A DNA stretch of 64,000 nucleotides from Oscillospiraceae bacterium (GTDB lineage Bacteria > Bacillota > Clostridia > Monoglobales > Monoglobaceae), in contig SVJR01000004.1 in NCBI GenBank assembly GCA_015068845.1, positions 10,779 through 74,778 of the forward strand. Direction: 5' to 3'. A program made the translations under genes and the position numbers. Within the stretch, counting starts at the first letter, position 1. Every line of letters begins with the position of its first letter. The notes under the pieces are model-generated. The model ran no database searches. It was not told the DNA's origin and saw only the letters and a program-made list of their open reading frames with translations. Below, piece by piece: positions 24,728-32,143 of the stretch.

Positions 24728-24760
24728 TAGTTTTCTGTAAAATTTTGTAAATTTTAGGTG

Positions 24761-24830
24761 AGATTCTTCACTTCGTTCAGAATGACAAACAATTTACAGT
24801 ATTGTCATTCCGAGCCTGTCGAGGAATCTT
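24761..24830. repeat. Inverted pair of family-A repeats
   Basis: agattcttcacttcgttcagaatgac (inverted orientation), a 17-nt spacer, then gtcattccgagcctgtcgaggaatctt. Confidence 0.65.
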
Positions 24831-24903
24831 ACTGCCCCCAAAGCCCCACCCTGACAAATATCGCCCAAATCTGCCAATTGGGGCGAAGAGGAGCAACCTT
24901 GAT

Positions 24904-24938
24904 AAAAAGACCCGTATATGATTTCTCAAATACGGGTC
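24904..24938 (-). terminator. Intrinsic terminator on the minus strand, the likely true 3' end of the era-recO-queG-like transcript
   Basis: Minus strand: GACCCGTAT-loop-ATACGGGTC followed by TTTTT. Confidence 0.5.
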
Positions 24939-24953
24939 ATAACTTTACACCAA

Positions 24954-25084
24954 TCAAGTCACAAAAAAATTGCGCAAGATTAGTGATTTAGTGAGCGCCT
25001 GCACTTATCCGGTCAACTATAAAAACCCTTCTCCACATCCAAGTCACAAAAAAATTATTTAGATTTCGTGATTTAGTAAGCGCC
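24954..25084. repeat. Two direct repeats of about 46 bp (period about 85 bp), each with an internal AAGTCAC...GTGATTT inverted motif
   Basis: tcaagtcacaaaaaaatt..gtgatttagtgagcgcc (24954-24999) and ccaagtcacaaaaaaatt..gtgatttagtaagcgcc (25039-25084). Confidence 0.6.
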
Positions 25085-25241
25085 GCGTACTTGTTGCACG
25101 CAAGTCGAGTCTAAATCGCGGAAGATGTGTGATTTTTACGCCTTTTTCGGTCAATTGTAAAATTGATGAAGATTGTTCGTTTAGTCACCCGCCGTGTACT
25201 ATGTGTACACAAGGGCGGCGAAACGGGCGATATTCGCAATT

Positions 25242-25889
25242 TTACTTTGACCTTGGACAGATGCGCATACAGATGCCGCATACTACTCCCCTGCCTATAT
25301 GTTGAAACTCTCTTTTCATATAATCGCTGCAGGCTTTGGCATCAACTATGTTTTCCCTTGTTTCGCCGGCTTTCCACTCGTTGCCGGTTATTGCCATTGC
25401 GGGACAGGCATCAACGCAGAGCCGGCAATTACCGCATACGGACTCTTTTGGCTGAGCCTTGCAAGCAAATGGATAGTCGGTCAGAATTGTTCCAAGCCTT
25501 ACTCTCGGCCCGAATTTGTTCGATAAAAACAAACCGCTTTTACCGATGGTTCCAAGTCCCGACATTACCGCCGCATACTTGTGCGAGAATATCCCCTGCA
25601 AGCCGTTTACCGACTGCGATGCTGGAATGCAGGCGTATCTGTAACCCTCACGGGCAAGCATAAGCCCCACTTTGAGGGCGGTATTGTCAATAAACGCATT
25701 AACCGTGCGGTAATGGTGAAAATATGTATGAGTCGGCTCGTTTGTAATCCCGTCAATCACCGCATCCGACAGCGGAACGGTGAACGATACTGCATAGGGC
25801 AAATTGAACGGGTTTTCGACATCAATCGGGCAGAAGCCTGCCTCGCCTATTCCGTTTTCGTAAAGGAAATTCTCAATTTTGTTCTTCAT
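25242..25889 (-). CDS. 4Fe-4S protein of the epoxyqueuosine reductase (QueG)/reductive-dehalogenase-like family, short form
   Basis: CGNCRLCVDACP and CGICMRICP ferredoxin-type cysteine motifs. The overall pattern resembles the QueG catalytic domain. The family call comes from motif recall only. Confidence 0.6.
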   Translation of the reverse strand: MKNKIENFLYENGIGEAGFCPIDVENPFNLPYAVSFTVPLSDAVIDGITNEPTHTYFHHYRTVNAFIDNTALKVGLMLAREGYRYACIPASQSVNGLQGIFSHKYAAVMSGLGTIGKSGLFLSNKFGPRVRLGTILTDYPFACKAQPKESVCGNCRLCVDACPAMAITGNEWKAGETRENIVDAKACSDYMKREFQHIGRGVVCGICMRICPRSK

Positions 25890-26685
25890 TGCTTTGCTCC
25901 AGTGCTTTAACCTTATTCAGGTAATTAAGGGTTGGAAAGTCGCGGTCAAGCTGGGATTTTAAATACCCTTCGCTAACGCGGCTTAAATAATTCACCGTTT
26001 TTTCGCCGGCATCGAACGAGAAAATCTGCCGGCTGTCGGTGGTTGTGATATATTCAATCAGCTTAATCATTGCCGGGCTGAGCTTTGCAGCTCCGGCTTT
26101 TCCGCTGCCGCAAGCCTCGCAAAGTGCCGTACCCGTTGCAAGTGACAGATACGCCGCATCGCCTGCTCCGCAGCTTTCGCAGCCCGAAATCAGCGGTGCG
26201 TACCCTGCCTCTGCCGCAAGCCGCCATTCAAAGACGGTTTTTATCTTCTCGTACGGACACATTTCCTTGTCAAGCGCATACAGCGTGTTTAAAAGAAGTC
26301 TTAAAATATTCTCGTCGGGGGCGTCCTCAGGCGTTGCCACCGTTGCCGCCTCGGCAAAGTACGAGGCGTACGCCATCTTGTCGAGGTCGTACCGGAGCGA
26401 CGAAAAGCTCTCCTGAACCGACATCTCGTTGAGGTTGTAAAGGCCTTTTTTGCTTTTTGCCTTATACATAACAATCTCGCTGTACGCAAACAGTTGAAGC
26501 CCTGCAAGCATCTGCGATTTTTTTGTCCGTACGCTGTTTGCAATTGCGGAAATTCTGCCAAAATCCTTGGTCAAAACGGTGACAATCAGGCTTGTTTCAC
26601 CGTACTTGGTCGTTTTGGTCACAATCCCCGAGGTTCTTATCAATCCCAAAATCCTCACCGGCCTCGACTTTCGTTTTTTCTTCAC
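25873..26685 (-). CDS. recO: DNA repair protein RecO (start uncertain)
   Basis: SGIVTKTTKYGETSLIVTVLTKDFGRISAIANSVR resembles the RecO OB-fold N-terminus, and a C-terminal CxxC...CxxC zinc motif is present. The ORF-track start at 26685 is a GTG. In-frame TTG codons at 26649 and 26643 fit the Bacillus RecO N-terminus better. Confidence 0.85.
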   Translation of the reverse strand: MKKKRKSRPVRILGLIRTSGIVTKTTKYGETSLIVTVLTKDFGRISAIANSVRTKKSQMLAGLQLFAYSEIVMYKAKSKKGLYNLNEMSVQESFSSLRYDLDKMAYASYFAEAATVATPEDAPDENILRLLLNTLYALDKEMCPYEKIKTVFEWRLAAEAGYAPLISGCESCGAGDAAYLSLATGTALCEACGSGKAGAAKLSPAMIKLIEYITTTDSRQIFSFDAGEKTVNYLSRVSEGYLKSQLDRDFPTLNYLNKVKALEQSNEEQN

Positions 26686-26767
26686 AGAACTGCCTGAACT
26701 TCAGGTAGGCATACACACTCCCCGTATGTTTAAAGGCTGTCCACAATATTTTTTTGTAATCAAGCAT
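26597..26767 (-). CDS. yqzL: YqzL-family small protein, 56 aa: MLDYKKILWTAFKHTGSVYAYLKFRQFCEEKTKVEAGEDFGIDKNLGDCDQNDQVR
   Basis: Hand-translated and absent from the ORF track. GGAGGA RBS upstream. It sits between era and recO exactly as Bacillus yqzL does. The W..F..TG.I..YL.FK pattern is YqzL-like. Confidence 0.55.
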   Translation of the reverse strand: MLDYKKILWTAFKHTGSVYAYLKFRQFCEEKTKVEAGEDFGIDKNLGDCDQNDQVR

Positions 26768-26856
26768 TGACTTAGTCCTCCGTTCTCAGATACTTTTAGT
26801 ATTGAATGAAGGCTCAAGGTATATGCTGTTACTTTTTGCCACAATCTCCATAATTT

Positions 26857-27741
26857 TTATTCGAAGCCAATGGTATTCATAAACGCTTCTTTATTGCGCC
26901 AGTCCTCCTTGACCTTTACCCAAAGCTCAAGATATACCTTTGTGCCCAAAAACCTTTCAATGTCCTGCCTTGCGCGGCTGCCGATATCCTTGAGCTTTTC
27001 GCCCTTTCTGCCGATTATGATTGCCTTGTGGCTCTGACGTTCGCAGTAGATTGCGGCTAAAATTTCATAGGTACCGTTATCGCGTTTTTTCATTTTTTCA
27101 ATCTCCACGGCGATTCCGTGGGGAATTTCCTGATTGAGCAGACGAAGCGCCTTTTCGCGGATATATTCTGCCGCAATCTGGCGTTCGGGCTGGTCGGTAA
27201 TCAGGTCGCCGGGGAAGAACTGCGGGCCCTCGTCAAGGTGGTTTTTGATTTCTTCCACAAGAGCGTCTACATTATCGCCCATCTTTGCCGAAAGCGGAAC
27301 AATCCCCGAAAAATCGTAGAGGCGACTGAGCTTTTCAATCACGGGAAGCAGAGCCACCTTTTCAACGGTGTCTGCCTTATTGACAACCAGAATTACCGGT
27401 ATGTCCGATTTTTTAAGGCCTTCAAGGGCCATGCGTTCCTTCTCGTACTCGTTTTCGTAGAGGTTGCAGTCAACAACATACAAAAGAACATCAACGTCCT
27501 GAGTTGCGGTGTAGATGTACTTTTCCATTTTCTGACCCAGCTTGTTGTGGGGCTTGTGTATACCGGGGGTGTCGATAAGGACTATCTGGCAGTCCTCGGT
27601 CGTGTGAACGCCCATAATTTTTGTTCTGGTGGTCTGGGGCTTGTTTGAAACAATAGCCACCTTTTCACCTATAATCTTATTCATAAGTGTTGACTTGCCG
27701 GCATTGGGTCTGCCGCAAATCGCAACAAAGCCTGATTTCAT
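26857..27741 (-). CDS. era: GTPase Era
   Basis: GFVAICGRPNAGKSTL, DTPG and NKAD G-motifs plus a C-terminal KH domain. The start is placed at MKSGF (AAGAGGA upstream). The ORF is open up to 27777. Confidence 0.9.
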   Translation of the reverse strand: MKSGFVAICGRPNAGKSTLMNKIIGEKVAIVSNKPQTTRTKIMGVHTTEDCQIVLIDTPGIHKPHNKLGQKMEKYIYTATQDVDVLLYVVDCNLYENEYEKERMALEGLKKSDIPVILVVNKADTVEKVALLPVIEKLSRLYDFSGIVPLSAKMGDNVDALVEEIKNHLDEGPQFFPGDLITDQPERQIAAEYIREKALRLLNQEIPHGIAVEIEKMKKRDNGTYEILAAIYCERQSHKAIIIGRKGEKLKDIGSRARQDIERFLGTKVYLELWVKVKEDWRNKEAFMNTIGFE

Positions 27742-27791
27742 ATATTCGTCCTCTTTTCTTATGTGCTTGTCCGCCATCCGGTGTCATTCCT

Positions 27792-27848
27792 TGTAGGGGC
27801 GATTCAAGAATCGACCGAATTCCGGGGCATTCGTGAATGCCCCCTACA
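27792..27848. repeat. Family-B two-hairpin palindromic element, inverted copy
   Basis: tgtaggggcgattcaagaatcgacc-gaattcc-ggggcattcgtgaatgccccctaca. This matches the reverse complement of 24276-24332 with a few mismatches. Confidence 0.75.
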
Positions 27849-27867
27849 TTATCTGTATGGTCTGCAT

Positions 27868-28353
27868 TTACCGTTCCAGATTCATTTCCTTCAAAATTTC
27901 CTTTTGATAGCCGAACATTTCCGCCTCGTCGTCGGGGGTCTCGTGGTCGTAGCCCAAAAGGTGCAGCATCGAGTGAACCGTGAGGAAGCCGACCTCGCGT
28001 TCAAACGAGTGTCCGTATTCCTCCGCCTGCTCCGCCGCGCGTTCGAGGGAGATTACTATATCGCCGAGAACCATTTCGCCGTTTGGATTAAAGTCCATAT
28101 ACTCCTCAATCACATAGCCTTCCTCGTCGTATTCGATCAAAGGGAACGACAAAACATCTGTTGCACGGTCAATATTTCGGTGTTCACGATTAAGCTCACG
28201 GATTTCCTCGTTGTCGGTGAACATAACGCTTATCTCCACCTTGGTGCCAAACTCCATATATTCAAGGGACGCCTTTGCGGCGCTTCGTACCAAATCACGA
28301 AGCGCCTTTGAAACCTTAAACTTTTTCTGGTTATTTCTTATCGCTATTTTCAT
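27868..28353 (-). CDS. ybeY: rRNA maturation endoribonuclease YbeY
   Basis: HSMLHLLGYDH zinc-binding motif, 161 aa, and a phoH-ybeY-era gene order. Confidence 0.9.
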   Translation of the reverse strand: MKIAIRNNQKKFKVSKALRDLVRSAAKASLEYMEFGTKVEISVMFTDNEEIRELNREHRNIDRATDVLSFPLIEYDEEGYVIEEYMDFNPNGEMVLGDIVISLERAAEQAEEYGHSFEREVGFLTVHSMLHLLGYDHETPDDEAEMFGYQKEILKEMNLER

Positions 28354-29335
28354 ATCTCTTTTTGCCTCTGTAATTTATCTGTTCACGCTCAATGGTCTTT
28401 TTCTCGTAAGCCTTGACAATCTGTTGTACCAGCGGATGCCTTACAACATCCTTTTCGCTGAGATACATAAACTCAATACCTTCAACGCCCTTCAGAACAA
28501 TCTCGGCATCACGGAGTCCCGATTTCTTGTTGGAGGGCAAATCTATCTGGGTTATGTCACCCGTAACAACTATCTTTGACGAAAAGCCCATACGGGTGAG
28601 GAACATCTTCATCTGCTCTGGCGTGGTGTTCTGCGCCTCGTCTAAGATAATAAACGCATCGTCGAGGGTTCTGCCGCGCATATAAGCAAGCGGTGCAACC
28701 TCAATAAGCCCCCGTTCGATGTTCTTATGGAACGACTCGCCGCCCAGCATATCGCCGAGGGCATCATAGAGCGGTCTTAAATACGGGTCAACCTTGTCCT
28801 GCATATCGCCGGGGAGAAAGCCCAGCGACTCGCCTGCTTCAACCGCAGGTCTTGTGAGAATTATCTTGTTGACCTCTTTATTTTTAAACGCCTTGACCGC
28901 CATAGCCACCGCAAGGTAGGTTTTACCCGTTCCGGCGGGGCCTATACCAAAGACAATGGGGTTCTTCTCAATCGCAGTTATATAGCTCCGCTGACCAAGA
29001 GTCTTTGCACGAATAGGTGTACCTCGCGAGGTTATACACACGCAGTCCTGCCCCAGCGTTTCAAGCTCCTTGTCGTTGTCCTCCTCAATCTGGGAGATTA
29101 CATAACGAACCTCCTGCTCGCCAAGAGCCGTTCCACCCCGTGCCATACCCATCAGATGCTGGATAACACGGACAGCACGGTCAACCTTCTCCGGCTCGCC
29201 GCCGATTTTGATGTCCGAACCACGGTTAATCACCGCAACATCAAACTCTTTTTCGATAAGTCTGATATTTTCGTCAAAGCTGCCGAAAAGGTTAATCAGA
29301 ACCTCCATTTTTTCAACCTCAATGTGTCGCTCCAT
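28331..29335 (-). CDS. phoH: PhoH-family ATPase
   Basis: Walker A GPAGTGKTYLAV and ILDEAQNTT motifs. The start is placed at MERHIEVEK (29335). The upstream in-frame extension runs through a palindromic repeat. Confidence 0.9.
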   Translation of the reverse strand: MERHIEVEKMEVLINLFGSFDENIRLIEKEFDVAVINRGSDIKIGGEPEKVDRAVRVIQHLMGMARGGTALGEQEVRYVISQIEEDNDKELETLGQDCVCITSRGTPIRAKTLGQRSYITAIEKNPIVFGIGPAGTGKTYLAVAMAVKAFKNKEVNKIILTRPAVEAGESLGFLPGDMQDKVDPYLRPLYDALGDMLGGESFHKNIERGLIEVAPLAYMRGRTLDDAFIILDEAQNTTPEQMKMFLTRMGFSSKIVVTGDITQIDLPSNKKSGLRDAEIVLKGVEGIEFMYLSEKDVVRHPLVQQIVKAYEKKTIEREQINYRGKKRYENSDKK

Positions 29336-29377
29336 ATATGCCTTTTTCCTTCCTGTTTTATTCAACGCTGAACACAG

Positions 29378-29408
29378 TAGGGGCGGATGCCCACATCCGC
29401 CCGTGAGC
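29378..29408. repeat. Family-C palindromic element (GTAGGGGCGGATGCCCACATCCGCCC)
   Basis: The ggggcggatg / catccgccc hairpin resembles the family-B termini. It lies between yqfD and phoH. Confidence 0.5.
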
Positions 29409-29421
29409 ATACAAACCCCCA

Positions 29422-30648
29422 CTATGTATTTTCACTATCCTCATTGTAATTCATATTTTCAATTTTGTCAATCGCAGATTGCTCGGCAATGTCCTCATAG
29501 CATTGGATTTTGACCGTTACAGTTACCGCCTTTTCGGTTTGAGTAAATGTTGACTGAACATTCCGTATCTCAGCCGACGGCGAAATCTCCTTTCTGAGTC
29601 CTTCTTCAAGCTGCTTTTTTGCCAGATTTACCGTCTGTTCTGCTGTCCGTTTCCGTTTTTCGGGGGTGTACTCTCTGTAATTCACCTTGCCTATGGCAAA
29701 GGGCGGAAGCTTATTCCCAAGCAGGCTGTACTCCGTGCGGGTTTCGGTTTTGTCGGAATACTCGAACGGTGACCCTGATTTAAGATATAATGGCAGCTCC
29801 TTGCCGAAAAGTGAAACGGTGAACCTTGATTTACCTTTACCCGTATATATTTTTTCAACATATTCCAAAGGATATGTACCCGATTTTTGGTACTCCGTAT
29901 CGGCATACACCTCCCCAAAGGAATGTGCGTAGCGGATGCCCTCCTTTGTGCTGTCTATCACGCCGCTGACAAGCAAATCGCCCTTTTCCACCATATCATT
30001 GACCTTGACCGTTGTCTGCCCCGCCTTAACCTCCAGAAGCCTTATCATTCCGTCACGGCGTGCCACAAGATTGCAGGGGACATCCGTGTTTTCGACACGC
30101 TTGGTATCAAGCCGTTCGCGGACCTCGATATACGCCTTTGAGCCTTTGATGTTTACGCCAATCCACGAAATATCGTCAAAGGCTGTCATCATCTTGTTCT
30201 GCACCGATTTTGGCTCGATTTTTCGTACTGCTGCGCCGCGGTAGACGCCCACGGCTTTCAGCCCCTGCTCGATTTCGGCGGCAGAGAGCCGCTCGCAGCC
30301 GGTTATGTCAATCCCCATAATATGCGTAGAAAGATACCAAAGCACCGCCACAAACAAAAGCACCCCCGAAAGCGCAAACCTTCTTTTCCGGAATCGGTGG
30401 AGCAGAAACGGCAGTCCGTAGCGTCTGCAAAGCCTTACCCGTGTTCTGGTTTTGCGGGCGATGGGGCGAAGCTCCCTGAAGCCCTGAATGCTTATCCGGG
30501 CATCTATGCAGTTTTCGCCGCGGTGCCTGACATCACGGAGCAAAATTCCCCGATGCATACATATGTTTAAAAACCGTTCAAGGAACATTCCCTCGGCACG
30601 GATTGTAACCGAGCCGCGGATATAACCGATAATTTTTGCAACCGACAC
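29422..30648 (-). CDS. yqfD: Sporulation protein YqfD
   Basis: 408 aa starting YIRGSVTIRAEGMFLERFLNICMHRGILLRDV with one central TM helix. This is the YqfD architecture and its position next to yqfC. Confidence 0.85.
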   Translation of the reverse strand: MSVAKIIGYIRGSVTIRAEGMFLERFLNICMHRGILLRDVRHRGENCIDARISIQGFRELRPIARKTRTRVRLCRRYGLPFLLHRFRKRRFALSGVLLFVAVLWYLSTHIMGIDITGCERLSAAEIEQGLKAVGVYRGAAVRKIEPKSVQNKMMTAFDDISWIGVNIKGSKAYIEVRERLDTKRVENTDVPCNLVARRDGMIRLLEVKAGQTTVKVNDMVEKGDLLVSGVIDSTKEGIRYAHSFGEVYADTEYQKSGTYPLEYVEKIYTGKGKSRFTVSLFGKELPLYLKSGSPFEYSDKTETRTEYSLLGNKLPPFAIGKVNYREYTPEKRKRTAEQTVNLAKKQLEEGLRKEISPSAEIRNVQSTFTQTEKAVTVTVKIQCYEDIAEQSAIDKIENMNYNEDSENT

Positions 30649-30651
30649 CGC

Positions 30652-30966
30652 CTACACCTCCTGTCTGAATTCCACCGATGAGATTTTGCCTGTTATATAC
30701 AGCATTTCCCTTGCTATGCTTTTTATTTCAAGGTCGCAGCCTGAAATTCGTATACGGTTAGGGTTTGCCAAAAGAATTATCTCTTTTTCGGTATATTCCA
30801 CTATGCTTTTATAATTTTCGACCGTAAGCTCACGGTTGCCCAGCATTTCAATTCTTGCAAAGTCCAGTATTACCTCTTTGGCGGTCTCCAGCGTGTCGGC
30901 AAGCCGTTCACGGACGGTGGCTTTGGGGCTGGCTGCCTTTTGTTTTTCTTTTTTCATATAAATCAA
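30652..30966 (-). CDS. yqfC: YabP/YqfC-family sporulation protein
   Basis: Small protein with the EMLGNRELTVENYKSIVEYTEKEI...ISGCDLEIKSI pattern. TTG start at 30966 with AAAGGAG 7 nt upstream. An ATG at 30957 is an alternative. Confidence 0.8.
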   Translation of the reverse strand: MIYMKKEKQKAASPKATVRERLADTLETAKEVILDFARIEMLGNRELTVENYKSIVEYTEKEIILLANPNRIRISGCDLEIKSIAREMLYITGKISSVEFRQEV

Positions 30967-31048
30967 CGCCCTTCTCCTTTAAAATTATGCTTAAAACCTC
31001 CTATTAATGAATATATGTAGAATAAACTAAAAAAAGAGTGTGAGAAAA

Positions 31049-32143
31049 ATGACGGTCAGCTTTTCAAAAATTCTTCGGTATGTATTTTTGCTGTGTGCCC
31101 TGCATATAGCTTTGTTTCTGGTTATGTTCCCTGCCGACTGCATCGAGGTCGGCCGTTCGGCGGTTAATCTGTGCCTGAATTCGGTGGTGCCGTCGCTTTT
31201 TCCGTTTCTGATATGCAGCGGTTTTTTCTCGGCTACCGGCGCAGCAACCGTCTGCAGTCGATATCTTTCACCTATTGTCAGACCGCTTTTCAAGGTGCCG
31301 GGCTGCGGTGCGATGGTGCTTGTCCTCGGCGTTGTCAGCGGCTATCCCGTAGGTGCGGCTTGTGCCGCGAACCTTTACGCCACCGGTCAATGCACAAAGG
31401 CAGAGGCGGAAAGGCTTTGCGCTTTTTGTAACAACTCCGGCCCACTTTTCATTATGTCGGTGGTTGGCTGTGGTTTTTTAGGGAATGCCGTCTTGGGCAG
31501 ATACCTTTATTTTACCCACATTCTGTCGGCAATTCTCTCGGGCATTGTTCTTGGCCTTTTTTCGCGGCGGAATTATGAAAGCAGGTCTATTCTTCCGCCA
31601 AAGTCTGTCCCTGCCCCGAAAGATACCATATTTATCCTTGGTGATGTGATGGACACCTCTATCTCCTCAATGCTGAAAATCTGCGGCTTCATCGTGTTCT
31701 TCTCGGTTTTTGCCGCAACTCTCCCGAAAAGCAATCTCACCCCATACCTTGCGGCAATCCTTGAAATCACCGGCGGAATAAAGCAGCTTGCCGCACTTGG
31801 AATTTCCCTTGACACAAAGCTTTGTCTTATCTCATTTTTTGCCGCATTTTCCGGCATTTCAGTTATGCTTCAGGTGGGTGCGATAACTGCGCCGCACCGC
31901 CTTTCGCTTATCCCTTACCTTTTTGGCAAGCTGATGCAGGGCGGATTTTCAGTTGTAATTATGAAGGTCCTGCTCCGCCTCTTTCCACTTAACCAGAGCA
32001 CATTTTTGCAAGAAAAGAGCCCTGCCGCATTTGCGGCAGAGCCTTTGGGGAATCTTTTTTATTCACTTTCGCTGCTCTTTGCAGCACTTATTGGTATTAC
32101 AGCTGTTATATCAATTATCAAGCTGTTTAAACGAATGTTTTAA
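31049..32143 (+). CDS. ylbJ: Sporulation integral membrane protein YlbJ-like (nucleoside-recognition/Gate domains)
   Basis: Polytopic membrane protein. GRSAVNLCLNSVVPSLFPFLI resembles the YlbJ N-terminus. The start could be the ATG at 31049 or the GTG at 31040. Confidence 0.7.
   Translation: MTVSFSKILRYVFLLCALHIALFLVMFPADCIEVGRSAVNLCLNSVVPSLFPFLICSGFFSATGAATVCSRYLSPIVRPLFKVPGCGAMVLVLGVVSGYPVGAACAANLYATGQCTKAEAERLCAFCNNSGPLFIMSVVGCGFLGNAVLGRYLYFTHILSAILSGIVLGLFSRRNYESRSILPPKSVPAPKDTIFILGDVMDTSISSMLKICGFIVFFSVFAATLPKSNLTPYLAAILEITGGIKQLAALGISLDTKLCLISFFAAFSGISVMLQVGAITAPHRLSLIPYLFGKLMQGGFSVVIMKVLLRLFPLNQSTFLQEKSPAAFAAEPLGNLFYSLSLLFAALIGITAVISIIKLFKRMF

Noticed and set aside
24253-24991. ORF-track entries 24253-24477 and 24758-24991 (74 and 77 aa)
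   Set aside because: They are translations of the family-A and family-B palindromic repeats (VGGIHECPAIRAIRESPLQL, MRFFTSFRMTN...HSEPVEES). The first also runs antisense to micro-ORF 1. They are typical repeat-derived pseudo-ORFs.
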